From NCBI GenBank assembly GCA_051362555.1, contig JBPQGU010000016.1, positions 372,001 through 436,000 on the forward strand: 64,000 nucleotides of DNA. Direction: 5' to 3'. The notes under the pieces were generated by a model. It saw only the letters and a program-made list of their open reading frames with translations. It was not told where the DNA came from and made no database searches. This DNA is from Lingula anatina. Taxonomy: Eukaryota; Animalia; Brachiopoda. The position numbers were made by a program, and so were the translations under genes. Shown piece after piece: positions 1 to 13,133 of the stretch. Each line of letters starts with the position of its first letter. The stretch's first letter is position 1.

Positions 1-369
1 CTAATCCCAATGTACTCTTTAATATCATGGGTAAAGCCAAAACCAATCTTAGTATAAAACCAACTCCGAGCTCCGAGTCGGGTTGTCAAACACGACTTCG
101 TGTAACATCATGAAGTTTACCGTTCATGTCGGGGACTGGGGTTGCGTGGGCTGAAATGCGTCACCCGGATTATCGATTGCGTGACGTGGTTGAAAGTTTC
201 CATCTGATCCATTGGAATCAACGGAGCTGTCGTGTCTGCGTGGTAACGCTTCTGGCTTACATAAGGGCAGACTCTCGGTCGCTAGTTCGAGTCACAGTAG
301 TCATCGCCTCATTTGTTTTTTGCGATTGATTACTATAAGAGGAAACTCGCACGTACGGAGGGTGGGCGG

Positions 370-474
370 GTCTGTCACGGAGCAGTCGGTACCGTGCATG
401 GATACAAATGAGACATCCAAAGCGTCATCAACCATGGTAACTCAAAGTCACGGGTTCGAGTCCCGGATGAGGCA
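370..474 (+). ncRNA. tRNA-like Pol III module (SINE head or tRNA pseudogene), copy in left array
   Basis: A-box-like CGGAGCAGTCGGTA; CATGG/CCATG stem; B box with T-arm CGGG-TTCGAGT-CCCG; 3' GATGAGGCA. Confidence 0.6.
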
Positions 475-1569
475 CGTCAGTCCATCACTACAACGACCTT
501 GCCCCTGAATCGGGATGTCACGAGACGGGAACGAATGAGGGATCTCGTGGGACTTAGCAAATTACCTTTTGCATAAAAAATACGGTATACTTTAGAAAGG
601 TTACATCTGCGTCGACAATTCTATTTCCTTTTTCTTCAGTTAAAAGGCCTTATATTTGTGCCACAGATCTTGAACTTAAATTGAGCTATAACGAACTCCG
701 TATGGCTTGCATTTCATCAAAATGTGCTATCTTCTTGGTGGGATTATCAGATAGAAAACTTTTGATTTTTTACTAAAGTTGCGTCACCTCTACTCCTTTT
801 ATCAGGCACGAATTTTGTTTGTTTGTTTGTTTTTTTTTATGCCCTTCCTTTCCTATCTTGGGCCCTTGCTTCTCAAGACTGTTCATATGTTCATACAGTA
901 CCCGGGGCAAGTCAGCAGTCGACATTTGAAAGAGAAAAAACTACTCAATACTTAAACTGCCGAGGTGTGAACAGCTGTGGACGTCATCGTGCTCCACAAC
1001 GTTAAAGGTGAAACCAAACGTTATCTCAATGCAAAACCAAATGAAAATAAATGCATCCGAAGTCAGCTTACTAGGAACGTACTAAGCAGGCCTATCAGTG
1101 AATACGATCCAAATTGTTTTGATCCTGTAGCTTTTCCGGTATTAAAGCACGTCATACGACCTGTTAACCACGTTCGGTAGAAAAACGATATCTCCTCGGC
1201 GGAATTATTTGCCACATTTGTTTTACTCAAAATTTCTGTGGCTGCAATCGCACCAGTAATCAAACACTTGAATGTATTTTTTTCATTCTCTCCTATTATG
1301 GTCTCGCTAAAATTAAAACCCTCCTGTTGTGAACTCCCTCCTGTTGGCGCTCTCCGTGACGTGGTTGAAAGTTTCCATCTGATCCTTTGGAATCAACGGA
1401 GCTGTCGTGGCTGCGTGGTAACGCGGCTGGCTTACATACGGGCAGACTCCCGGTCGCTTGTTCGAGTCACAGTAGTTATCGCCTCATTTCTTTTTTTTGC
1501 CAGAATTAATTTTGGAAAATTGCGATTGATTACTATAAGAGGAAACTCGCACGTACGGAGGGTGGGCGG

Positions 1570-1674
1570 GTCTGTCACGGAGCAGTCGGTACCGTGCATG
1601 GATACAAACGAGACATACAAAGCGCCATCAACCATGGTAACTCAAAGTCACGGGTTCGAGTCCCGGATGAGGCA
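1570..1674 (+). ncRNA. tRNA-like Pol III module, second copy in left array
   Basis: Same motifs as 370-474. Confidence 0.6.
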
Positions 1675-1767
1675 CGTCAGTCCATCACTACAACGACCTT
1701 GCCCCTGAATCGGGATGTCACGAGACGGGAACGAATGAGGGATCTCGTGGGACTTAGCAAATTACCT

Positions 1768-2125
1768 CCTGGAGCATATTTTGCAATAGGTTGATCTTGA
1801 CCTGACCTACTTTCCTAAAATTTGGTCATTTGATATAGAATTATTGTGTGACCTCACTTGTGGAAGGATTTGTATGTTAAAAATTCTAGGAGATATTGCA
1901 TTTTGAAATTTGCAAAAAATTCACTTTAAAATTCTCTGTGACCTTGAAAATTAGGTCAAGGTAAGAAAAAATTGGGTGGACCGGAATAACTTTTCATAGA
2001 CTATCAGTATGAATTTTTTCAGAATTTTAGAAAGAAATTTTTTGACGAAAAATAATAATAATAATAATAATAAGAAGAAGAAGAATACCAAAAACAATAG
2101 TATTCCCCTATGGGGAATCCTAATA
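1768..2125 (+). mobile_element. Helentron/HINE-like non-autonomous element fragment inserted in the satellite
   Basis: TGACCTTG...GGTCAAGG hairpin motifs, then (AAT)n(AAG)n, then AACAATAG and terminal palindrome ATTCCCC-TAT-GGGGAAT. This layout resembles invertebrate Helentron-derived elements. Confidence 0.5.
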
Positions 2126-2500
2126 AAAGCATCCGAAGCCATCTTACTAGGGACGTACAGAGCAGGCCTATCAGTGAATACGATCCAACTTGTTTTGATT
2201 CTGTAGCTTTTCCGTTATTAAAGCACGTCACACCACCTGTTAACCATGTTCGGTAGAAAAACGACATCTCCTCGGAGGAATTATTTGCCAAATATGTTTT
2301 AATCAAAATGTCCATGGCTGCAATCGCATCAGTAATTAAACACTTGAATTTTTTATTCTCTCCTGTTATGGTCTGGCTAAAAGTAAAACCCGCCTGTTGT
2401 GAACCGCCTCTGACCCATCGTACTGTTTAATATCATGGGTCAAGCCAAAATCAATCTCAGTATAAAACAAACTCCGAGCTCCGAGCCGGGTTGTCAAACA
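2123..2500 (+). repeat. Diverged partial 1.4-kb satellite unit abutting the 3' flank of gene 1
   Basis: AATAAAAGCATCCGAAG...CTCCGAGCTCCGAG...GGTTGTCAAACA matches the unit. From ~2500 the sequence matches the gene-4 flank at ~57741. Confidence 0.88.
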
Positions 2501-3066
2501 TCTCTGACTTCTTCCTTAAATAAGAATGAGCTAAACACCAACACCAATAAAAGAACAGATCAAATTACCGGCCTTAATGTGTACTTTTTATCGACAGTAC
2601 GTACGCGAACCGTGAGTCTCTGCATTGCATTTTGTGCTAAGTAATTGGAGAACAAAGGGTCCTATTTCGAGCCCAACCTTCAATTAAAAGCTTACTAACT
2701 TAAAAGAAGCGTAGGGAATCATTTCATATATGTAAAAAGTTCCTTACATAGGAGGTGATTTGGTGAATTTTTTTTTCCATATTCTTAACTCAACCTGTAC
2801 ATCCCTTACACATGTACGTAAACACGTGAATCCGAAACAGCACGTGCGATTAGTGTTTGAATAATGTTCTACAAAATACTCTTTGTCGACAAGAAATAAT
2901 CATGTAATACCAGTACAGCATTGTCTCTGTGGTGTAAGACATTAGAACATAGTTAATCATAATTTTATGACAAAAAAAAAAAAACATTTATTCAAATGAT
3001 CGACTCTAACGCAGATAAACGTTTGAAAATAAGTTGCATGGAAAGCTTGTGTAAGGCCTTTTGATT

Positions 3067-4339
3067 TCATTGTCCAATTAATAGTGAAAAGTTATTCGGT
3101 CCCGAGCAGTACAAAGTATCGGGTGTAAATGGCTGCTGGAGACGGTTATCTAGTCCAAGGATTTTCTGTATCTCTGGTTTTTGCAGCCAAGCTAATTTCT
3201 TCCTAATCATGGGATGGGTATGGTCCCAGTTTTGAAGGATGAAATCCGGTGTCACAAGATACGATTGGTTGCCTTTCAGTTTCGGCTTCCCTGGAATCTT
3301 TATGTAAGGACCTGGCTGTAGAGTACCTGGACTTTTGCGCGAAGAAGTTCCTTTTAATACAGCTTCAATTAATGGGTTGGCTTTGGCTGGGTTAGTTTTT
3401 GTTTTCTTCAGCAAAGCAGACGAGATGTAATTTCGCGGTATTTCGTAATGAAAATATTGCTTGTATCTGTCCTTTGAGATAATTCTATTTGAAATACGGT
3501 TTGTAACATGCAACGAGTTGCACTGAATGCGATAGCTATGATATAACATCGAAATCAACTGACGAGTCATCCAGGCGCCGTTATACCACGACTCATAATC
3601 TAGGTGCAAATCATACGGAATGAGAAATGACAGTGCGTCCTTGTGAAAAGCATTCAAACACTCGTCAAAATCCCAGTTCAAATTCACGGGTTCTTTTGTA
3701 TTTACAAACTGTCTACTCATATCTTGGTAGCGTACGTGTCCCACAGCAGGTTGGTAATACATAAGAAATTCCTCGAACCTCTGAAAAGGGTCCGAGGCCA
3801 TCTTGGGCCAAGGTTTCCAATTGACCTGCCCGTCCGACTTAACCGAAAGCTGCAGGTCGTCGTCCATGAATATGTAATAAAGATAACCGCCGTCTTTCAT
3901 TTGGGCCGCTAAGTTCACCGCGTGCTGAAGAAGCACATTTCTTCCGGCACTAAGGGAGGTATCTGGACCGTACACGTCACCTGACCTGTCTGCAAACGTC
4001 ATCCAGATGACGTCACGTTCCTTCGTTTCTTGTAATCCGTTGATGACCCCCTTTGTTGGGCTTTCAGTGAGATACACAAACCGCTTCCCAGTCGTCTGGC
4101 TGTAATTTCTCGGTCGTATAACTGCATACCTTACCTCAAATGTAAAATCTAGGGTTTCAGGTAAGCCATTGTTCTCGTTTCCTCTCCTGGAATTTGCATT
4201 TTTTATGTTTTGTGAGTTTGTGTCCCCATTGCCGCTGGGCAATTTGCTGAAGTTCACCAAGTTACTGAGATTCACCCATAAAACCCACCAAGACAAGGAT
4301 GATTGTCGAAAGAAACAAGCATCTTGTAAATCTCACCAT
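3067..4339 (-). pseudogene. Paralogue 1 of type II membrane glycosyltransferase-like protein, frameshifted in the signal-anchor
   Basis: ATG at 4339 reads MVRFTRCLFLSTIILVLVGF, homologous to the paralogue starts, then shifts frame and stops at 4264-4262. The luminal domain (YYIFMDDD) is open from 4296 to 3067, but that ORF starts at TTG. Confidence 0.75.
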
Positions 4340-4690
4340 CGCCTTCGTTAGTCGTCTGTTGGTACGTATGAGCTCTAAAATCAGAAATATAAGAACTTAA
4401 AATTATGGATTTTTAATATTTTCCTTAAATTTGTGTACATTTATTTATATCTTCTTCATCTTTTAACCATTGACGTTCATTGGTTTACTTACGGTATCGA
4501 CAGAAACATGTGACCTGTTGTGCCTGTTCAAAGGAATTTTCCATACTCGTTTATTGGTTTATGTACAGAAACACGTGACCTTGCACTCCTGTTCGAATAT
4601 TGTTTAGAAACTTGTCACTTTTCCATTTGAATATGTTTCATGTTTTTTAGAGTTTAGATATTTTTAAGTATATTTAATGTTTTGAATGTA

Positions 4691-6347
4691 CAGGGTTGCT
4701 ACTTAATATGGAATATTTTTTATCATTGTTATCTTTGAGTGCTGATTAATTTTTTTTTTTGGCTTGAGTCATTAAAAAAGTATGTCACTGAGTGATAATA
4801 ACATCCAGTCTTCTGTTGTGAAAAAATTTTGTCAATAATATCAAATCTGACATAAGATGCCATTCAAAAGAAAGGAACACCCCCAGAAAACCATATCAAC
4901 AGTTTGATGTCAGTATAAACTTTAAGATAAGATATTAAAGAAAATGATAGCCTCCGGACAGTGGTATGTTACACAGTCAAAGAACTCACTACAGTAAATC
5001 ATGAAAAGTCAGTAATTGCGGGTATGACCTCCAGCAGCCGCTTGCAGCGCCCTCATCTTACATGGCATACCCTGTGACACGTTTTTTAGAGTTTGGGTGG
5101 GGATATCATTCCACGCAGTGATATTTGCCTGTCGCAGTTCATCACTATTTACCGGCCGAGGACCATAGCTATTAATTCTTGGAGGTCATACCCGCAATTA
5201 CAGATTTTCAATTGGGTTCATATCTGGAGAGTTTGCAGGCCAGGGCAGTTGCTGAACCCATTGGTTTTGAAGAAAAACAGTGATTCTGCGGCCTCGATGT
5301 GGGGGTGCGCAGTCGTCTTGGTACACAAAGTTGTTCCTGAAGATGGCTCTTACCATTGTTTGCTGTAGATTGTCTCTGTAGGAATCTTAGATGAGGATGC
5401 CTCCTAGAAAAACCAACTGGTTCTGGGCACCAACATGAAATGCTCCCCAAACAGAGACGTTACCATCCCCTGCTTGCACCCTAGGCAGTTCACAATCATC
5501 GTTTTATGCCCCTCGTACACGTCGGTGAACACGGATTCCACGATCAACCCTAAAAAATCCATATCTGGCCTCATCACTGAAAACGACGACGACGTGATTC
5601 CAGTGTTTTGACTGCAAACGCACGTGGTCCCCAGGCCATTACAGACGTCGCTGTATATGACCTGCTGTTAACAGTGGTTTCCCTACTGGCCTTCGTGCAA
5701 AATAACCGGCTTGCAGTAATCTCTTGTTCACGAGGGACCTTGAAACGGGCGTTTGAATGACATTCTGCCTCTCTTTTCTGAGGACACTGGTTGTCTTTGT
5801 ACGACCAGCACGGCGTCCTCTAAGGAGAAGGCGATCCTGTCTTCTTGGTGTGATACGCGGACACACTGGTCGAGGTATTGGAGTAGGTGCCCCTGTTGCA
5901 GCATTTCTTTGGAGGACTTCACAAACGGTTCCTGATAAATGTTACCTGGCAATGGCTGTCCGTTTCTGGCCATTTTCTCTGAGAGCAAGAATCCCATAGT
6001 AAGCTGCGTTGCTAAGCTGTCGAACCATATCTTCACTAAGGTACCTGTCAAGTTTCAGAGCGATCCCTTTGTTGCTTCTCTAAACACACTCTAAAGATCG
6101 ACAAAACCCATGCGTTATTATACAAGGGCAGAAATTGCCGAAAAGACCACCCCTCACATTTCTGACCACAGAACATGCAACTGCATGCATCAATTGTTTC
6201 GAGAGTTGTGTGGTAATTAGGTAACACACCTGGTTACACATGGAGTGACACCTCAGCTTTGGATTTAAAGTAGTTAGAGAGAAATTAAATATTTTGTAGA
6301 AAATTTACTCGCCAAAAAATAATATTCCATATTAAGTGGTAACCCTA
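4691..6347 (-). mobile_element. Decayed Tc1-family (DD34E-type) transposon in gene 1 intron
   Basis: ~27-bp TIRs CAGGGTTGCTACTTAATATGGAATATT / AATATTCCATATTAAGTGGTAACCCTA flanked by TA. Minus-strand remnants ARRPVGKPLLT, VFSDE, QDDCAPPHR and WPANSPDMNPIENL, with stops and frameshifts. Confidence 0.92.
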
Positions 6348-7178
6348 TATTTCTGGTATTCTTTAGCCTACGGAAGTCATGAAACGGTATTAAAATTGTC
6401 AATTGATCATAAAAAAGGAATATGTAAAATATTCAAAAATCGCAAACCCTTGATCTTTGTTTGCGTTGATGGCTGGTGGCCAACATTTGCAAACACCGAT
6501 TTAGATAAGCGGGGCCAATATAATCGATCCTTCTTTTACACACACACATAAAAATAGAGCACCCAGGGCACATTCTGGCCAATGTCCAACAAAAAACTTA
6601 TTTCCTCTGGGCAGGGGATATTTGGCCTGCGTACGGCCTTAATAAGTGTGCATTTTATGCATTAACATATATAAGTACAATTCGTTTGATGGCAAACCAG
6701 TTTGGGACAAGAGAAGGAGGCATGCTGTCTGTCCCTTAAAATTTAGTTGATGAATGATGATGGGTATAAGTTATCAATATCAATGTCACTATCCCATGGT
6801 AAAAATACAGCCAGCTGTATAATATATACTTTTAGGTTAAAATGCATAATAGTTACAATAAACCTCTAAGTATTCAACAGACACAATTTTATCAGTTTGT
6901 TTGGGATTCATTTAGACAAACTACTTCATAAATACGTGCACGCGTTCGCTTGTTTATATAACACTCTCTGTACTGATAACTGTTCCACATTTAGCTGAGG
7001 TCGACTGTACCAATACACAGGCTTATCTGACGGCTCTTTTAAACAGATCAGTTAACAGTGTTATTAAATTTTGCAGTTAAGCTGCCTAAGTTTAAGAAAT
7101 ATAACAGAAGGTGAGTGTTGGACGTTAAGGGTTGGATATAGTTTATAAATAATGAGAGTGGTTTAGGAGAAGTAAGGT

Positions 7179-7179
<1 letters not shown>

Positions 7180-7216
<37 letters not shown>
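7180..7216. repeat. (GA)n microsatellite
   Basis: Direct reading. Confidence 0.9.
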
Positions 7217-7475
7217 GGTAGCTTTAATCTACGATAATATTTCTTTTTGATGACAACTTAATAATATTTGACTACAAGTTGTACATGTATGGACCCATTC
7301 CGGCTCGAACACGTGCACAATGATTATCTATGGTTGTATTGGATACATGCATTTGAAATAGTCATTGGCTTGTGTTCAAAATATCATAAGAAAGAATATC
7401 GACATGAGAAATAACCTTTAAAAATAGTATTAAAAGGCAGTGACACATTTACTGTCCATGTCTCGAGCACCTTAC

Positions 7476-7600
7476 CTGTATGGCAACGCCTCCTTGTTTC
7501 AGACCAAACACCTGACCCAAATCAACTGTTTATCGACTTCTACGAGTGAGGCCTCTGGTATACAAACCGCAGTTTGCGACATGTAGCGGTGAAATTTGAA
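7476..7600 (-). other. Putative 5' non-coding exon of gene 1
   Basis: Donor CAG|GTAAG (CTTACCTG on +). Block CTCCTTGTTTCAGACCAAACACCTG...CGGTGAAATTTGA is conserved with 17483-17600. Acceptor TTTCTGATTTTAG at 4375. TATATAA on minus strand at ~7633-7639. Confidence 0.65.
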
Positions 7601-7673
7601 ATGGAGACTGACTGGACAAGCTGTTGTAGTGGTTATATACATTTGGGCATATCTGCCCACAAGTCCTAGACAC

Positions 7674-7866
7674 CATTCCCAGAGATTAGATCGATCTACT
7701 TAAGATCGACCTAACTCCCTGGGGCTCACGCTAGATAGCTGTCAGCCGAGCGGGCACGATAGTTAATTACCCCCTTATAGCTTGTAGTAGGCGGGACGGA
7801 CATTTAAGCCGGATTATCTGACAGTAATCTAGTGAGACCCCCGCGGGGATAAAAGCTCTGGGAATA
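7674..7866. mobile_element. MITE (family also at 25123 and 33655)
   Basis: Short TIR ATTCCCAGAG / CTCTGGGAAT; internal AGATCGACCTAACTCCCTGGGG shared with the other copies. Confidence 0.75.
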
Positions 7867-8385
7867 CGCCCTTAGTCTATGAAATACTGGACCAATGGTG
7901 GAATGCTTAATATGAGCTTTTTTGTCTTGTTTTCATATGGGAACAGTTGTCATGAATCAGTGCAATTTAAAGTGCCAAGTAAACAGGCCTTAAAATTATA
8001 CTCTTCGGTTTTAACAAGAGGGATCTTTTTCTAGGTGTCGTGTCCAACATTAGGACATTCTATGGGGCCAAGTTATCTCATGCAGTCGGCGCGTGCAGTC
8101 ACCTAGGAGTACTTGTGCCATGGCGGCTTCTTTGTACAACACCGATGAAAAAATTAACTCAGCTATTACGTCTGCATTTTAAAATAATCAGAATTTACAT
8201 TTACCGCGCCACTTTAGATGAGTAAGTTGGATATTAAGGACAGCGTTCGAACGACAGAGCTAAGGCGATCGGACTTGGAGAAGGTAGAAGGCGGATATGA
8301 GTTCCAAGAGATGGGGAGTTACCTGTAAGAGGTTGTAGATCAACAGTATGTAGATACCGAACGTTGATGAATATATCGTATTACT

Positions 8386-8959
8386 GGTCATTATTTAACC
8401 TACCGCTAATTAGTCAAAACAGAGTTTTCAGACATCCTGAACAGGCCTAGGGCGAAGCGTATGCCGTGTCTAAAGTGACTAGGCTCATTGAAAGCTTCAG
8501 TATTTGGAGTGGATGCCACATTGGTGCCAAATCACCAATGGTAAAGTCATTATTCCATATTAAACTCTTTAAAGCATTTCCAAGGAATGCCGTGTCACTT
8601 GAGAGTTCTGGTAGTAGCCAGATGAGGTCACGCGTAACATGGACCGTTGCTGTACCTAGACACTGACATTAGGTTCTTGGTGGGGCATGTAACTCTTTTA
8701 AATGAAAATAATTTGGAAAATATGGAGATCCAAAATATCACTTTCAATTGCTTGTCGTATGACGATAAAAATTAATGTATTTTAGTTTGCTTCACTGGCG
8801 AATTCAATTAATGAACTGATGTCACAATGACATCTAAAACATAATTAAAATTATTAAACCACGATTTAATCTTTACTTTATATTATCACTCAGCAAAATA
8901 GGAAAAAAATCTGGTGAATTATGGTTTGGAAAAATATTCCTTATTTAATGTGAAGTCTG
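8386..8959 (+). mobile_element. Internally deleted 3' part of Tc1 family B
   Basis: Colinear similarity to 13920-14075 and 14385-14794; ends in TIR-like AATATTCCTTATTTAATGTGAAGTCTG followed by TA. Confidence 0.8.
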
Positions 8960-9432
8960 TATAATGATTGTTGAAGGAGGGTCACGGAGGTTGGTTTTTA
9001 TATTTTTTTTACCAGATTTCGTTTGAAAATGCATGTCACAAACAAATAAACGATCACAGTCACCTGTATTATCTAGTATTTTTTTTATAAATTGCACCAA
9101 ATACTGTTATCTGTATTTTTTACTGTTCAAACTTAAATATTCATTGTTTTGATATTATGATAAGAGATTAGTATATACGATTTATATTTTTTATCGTGTA
9201 TACTAATCTCTTACCATGGCTCAGAGATCGAAGTGACGGGTATCAGCTTGTAATCAATTATATGTAATACCAGTACAGCATTGTCTCTTTGCTGAGAGAT
9301 GGCATTAAATTAAAGTTAATCATTATTTTAGGACAAGAAATCATTTATTGAAATAATCGACTCATATATAGATAGGTGTTTGAAAATAAATGTATTGGAA
9401 AGCATGTCATGTTAAGCCTTCGATGTCATTGT

Positions 9433-10680
9433 CTAATTAATAGTCAGTGAAAAGTTATTCGGTGCAGAGCAGTACAAAGTGTCGGGTGTAAACGGCCGTC
9501 GACGACGGTTGTCTAGTCCAAGGATTTTCTGTATTTCTGGTTTTTGTAACCACGTTAATTTCTTTCTAATCATGGGATGGGTATGGTCCCAGTGTTGAAG
9601 GATGAAATCCGGTGTCACGAGATACGATTGGTTGCCTTTCAGTTTCGGCTTCCCTGGAATCTTTATGTAAGGACCTGGCTGTAGAGTACCTGGACTTTGG
9701 CCCGAAGACGTTCCTTTTAATACAGCTTCAATTAATGGGTTGACTTTGGTAGGGTTAGTTTTTGTTTTTTTCAGCAAAGCAGACGAGATGTAGTTTCGCG
9801 GTGTTTCGAAATGAAAATTGTGCTTGTATCTGTCCTTTGAGATCATTCTATTTGAAATGCGATTTGTAACATGCAACGAGTTGCACTGAATGCGATAGCT
9901 ATGATACAACATCGAGATCAACTGACGAGTCATCCAGGCGCCATTAAACCGCGATTCATAATCTAGGTGAAAATCATACGGAATGAGAAATGACAGTGAA
10001 TCCTTGTGAAAAGCATTCAAACACTCGTCAAAATCCCAGTTCAAATTTACGGGTTGTTTTTTATTGACAAGTTGTCTACCCATATCTCGGTAACGAACGT
10101 GTCCTACAGTCGGTTGGTAATACATAAGAAACTCCTCGAACCTCTGAAAAGGGTCCGAGGCCATCTTTGGCCAAGGTTTCCAATTGACCTGTCCGTCCGA
10201 CTTAACCGAAAGCTCCAGGTCATCGTCCATGAATATATAATAAAGATAACCGCCGTCTTTCATTTGGGCCGCTAAGTTCACTGCGTGCTGAAGAAGCACA
10301 TTTCTTCCGGAAGCAGCGGAGGTGTCTGGGGCGTAAATGTCACCTGACCTATCTGCAAACGTCATCCAGATGACGTCACGTTCTTTCGTTTCTTGTAATC
10401 CTTTGATGACCCCCTTTGTTGGGCTCTCAATGAGATACACAAATCGCTTCCCAGTCGTCTGGCTGTATTTTCTCGGCCGTATAACTGCATACCTTACCTC
10501 AAATGTAAAATCTAGGGACACAGGTAGGCCTATCCGATAATTTGGTCTTTTTGTGTTTTGTGACGTTGTGTCCCCGTTGCAGCTGTTGTTCACCCAAGTC
10601 CTTTGACTCACCCATAAAAATAGAAACACTGAGGCCACTATGATAGTCGAAAGAAAAATGCATCTCTTAGATATCTGCAT
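9433..10680 (-). CDS. Paralogue 2: type II membrane glycosyltransferase-like protein (GT-A-type DxD), 415 aa
   Basis: Intact ORF: short basic N-tail, hydrophobic anchor CIFLSTIIVASVFLFLWV, stem, GRN and YLYYIFMDDD motifs. Acceptor at 10729; AATAAA on minus strand at ~9345. Confidence 0.9.
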   Translation of the reverse strand: MQISKRCIFLSTIIVASVFLFLWVSQRTWVNNSCNGDTTSQNTKRPNYRIGLPVSLDFTFEVRYAVIRPRKYSQTTGKRFVYLIESPTKGVIKGLQETKERDVIWMTFADRSGDIYAPDTSAASGRNVLLQHAVNLAAQMKDGGYLYYIFMDDDLELSVKSDGQVNWKPWPKMASDPFQRFEEFLMYYQPTVGHVRYRDMGRQLVNKKQPVNLNWDFDECLNAFHKDSLSFLIPYDFHLDYESRFNGAWMTRQLISMLYHSYRIQCNSLHVTNRISNRMISKDRYKHNFHFETPRNYISSALLKKTKTNPTKVNPLIEAVLKGTSSGQSPGTLQPGPYIKIPGKPKLKGNQSYLVTPDFILQHWDHTHPMIRKKLTWLQKPEIQKILGLDNRRRRPFTPDTLYCSAPNNFSLTIN

Positions 10681-13133
10681 TGCCTTCGGTAGTGGTATTT
10701 TGGGACATTCATCTACGAACTCTCACATCTGAAATCTAGAAATATATATAGAAATACTTTTTGTTTGTTTATTTGTATTTGTTTCTTTGTTTTTTTTTTT
10801 TTCTAAACCCATGCCAAAATCATATAACAACAAAAGTACTGGTATATTACGTGGATCGATACATTCGAATGGTCTAGGTTGGTAAAAAAAAGAGTTTATT
10901 TTATGTAGTTTTAGAACTAAATTTTAACACGTTTAGAGCAAAATATTGTTATTGTTATTTTTAGTCAACACTACACTTGTTACTGCCATTAAGCTGTGCC
11001 CTTGTTTATCGTCAACTTTATTGCTTTAGAAATTGGTGTAAGATAGTGATCGGTGCGCGTTGCGTCCTGACACCGGACCTTATTTTGGCAGGAGCATTGG
11101 CATCGTTGACAACAAAGGTGTGAACTATATAGCTACAATCCAGTTCCACTGTTTGCATTTTAAGTTTTGTTTATTAGATATGAACCCCTTACTATGTTTT
11201 TTCGACCACAAAAAAAAAAAAAGCTGATGATACTTCATCAGCTCGAATTAGAAAATTCACTCGAAGTATATTTGATGCGACATCATTACCTCATCACATG
11301 TCAACTTTTAATTCTGCATTATCTAAACGAATAAGGTCTTGGTAGTCATCTTGTGAAACCACCTTGATTTTCAAACGTAGCTTACAAAAGAAGTGTTGAA
11401 TAAAGAAGATATTTGAAAGCTTAATGAGCTTGAGTCTGAAAAACATTAAGAGTCAATTGTTGTGGAAATTCTGATTATCCTAACTGTAAGCAATTATTCT
11501 TACATAAATAAGATTATAACAGTTATAACACTCTCCATGGGTTTGAAAAATCCCTAAAATACTTATTTTTGCAATCCACGTTCTTAGCAGGAGAAGAGCT
11601 TAGCCAAACTTATTGTAGAATCATACACCGGAGATGCTAAACACAAAGCTTAACGTGTAACACTGCCAAACATGTTCGGTCTTTTTTTTTTGTGAAGGGC
11701 TTGAAAACCATACGTGTTTCACACAAAGGAATTCACCTGGACTTTTGGTATGCTGCCAAAGAGGCTTCGCAAATGCATGGCGATAAATAAATTATGTCTC
11801 ACTTTTGTCCAGGTGCACCCATACTGCCCTTGAACATATGATTTTAAGTAGATTGTGTGTAAAAGAGACAAAACGTCAAGGTTAATAATGTGCTGCATGT
11901 GTTTACGTCTTGGGAGTTAAACCTCTATAATTAAAAGTTGACAAACATTGTGTTTGTAAAGTAATATAATTGGGGCTATCCTGATTGCGGTGGAGGTGAT
12001 AGAGGATTGTGTCGTCCCTCTGGGGTGGGAGTTTTCTGAGAGGATAAAGGGGACTCCATGTTGGTGGTGGAGATATTTGTACATGTGTGCGGCAGTGAAT
12101 AAAGAAATATTGTTGGGCACCTTCGTTTTTTTTTTTATTTTGAGTGGAAGCTATGGCGAATGTCCTGTGTAAGTGACAGTATTCATTTAAGTATCAGCCC
12201 TAATAAATTGTGTAGTCCCATCTCCCCTCCGGTGCATTTCTGCATGTACACGTATCAAATAAATGTCATGTTGATCTTGGTGAAATTGGTTTTTGCTAAT
12301 TGGATATGAATTGTGATGTTCAAATTTAATTAACTTGATTGATTATTGAACAGATGATTTCATTCCCATCGAATTGTGATCACTACCCCGCCACCAACCC
12401 CCCTCCTGCAATGGGACCATATTGTTGGCCGGTTGCATCCATCGCGAACCCCCTGCTCAGGACCGCTTTGCTAAAAACATTTTCCATGTCTCGATAACCG
12501 TCATGCATTTCAACAGATATCTCGTTAAGTGTATGGTAGCTGACGATTTTGCTGATAAGCATTGACCTATGTTCTGTGTAACTGCCTACCACTTTAGATA
12601 CGGTTGCTTGCTGAAGTATCATGTAAACGAATACAGTCCCAGCTGTAACTGCGGTTAAGCACAATATATCCGAAACGTGCACAAAATATATTTACAGGCC
12701 AATATGATAATATATCAAGAGAGATCAAGAGAGAGTAGAATTTGACCAAAGACGTTACGTATACATGAATTCTAGTCTGGGTTCATTTACACCCCTGTGT
12801 ATACTATAGTCTGGAACCGTTTATTAGAAGTGTGTAGTCTGGTCAAGGTCAAACAATTCCCATATTTACTCTGGGCAGGGGTTATCAAAATGTACGCCTT
12901 TAATGTATAATTGTAAGTGCAGTTCTTGACGTAGCAAAAAGTGTTAACAGGTGTGAAATGGGGCACGTTACCTATCGCTTAAAGCTCAGTCGATGAGTTA
13001 ATTAGGATGGGGATTAGTTAATTATATCACTGGCACAAACTCATGGCGAACTACAGCCATCTTGGGATATGTACTTTTTAAGGTTGATGAAAAATCGTTT
13101 GTACACTTAATATATCAAATAAACGCTCATATA

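Larger units (their letters stand above)
1..1767 (+). repeat. End of a ~1.4-kb macrosatellite array (about 1.3 units, internally deleted), probably continuing left of the window
   Basis: High identity to the 34386-57643 unit. The tRNA-like module recurs at 370 and 1570 (1200-bp spacing because of a deletion near 1340). Homology stops at AAATTACCT (1767). Confidence 0.93.

Noticed and set aside
3643-3912. Antisense ORFs conserved in all four paralogues (also 10006, 21264, 58873)
   Set aside because: Shadow of the real CDS; GTG starts and variable stops
11222-11255. Hammerhead ribozyme at CTGATGA (also GGATGAG in the satellite)
   Set aside because: GCTGATGA-TACT-TCATCAGC is a simple palindrome, and no stem II-GAAA-stem III core can be built. 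The satellite lacks CTGATGA.
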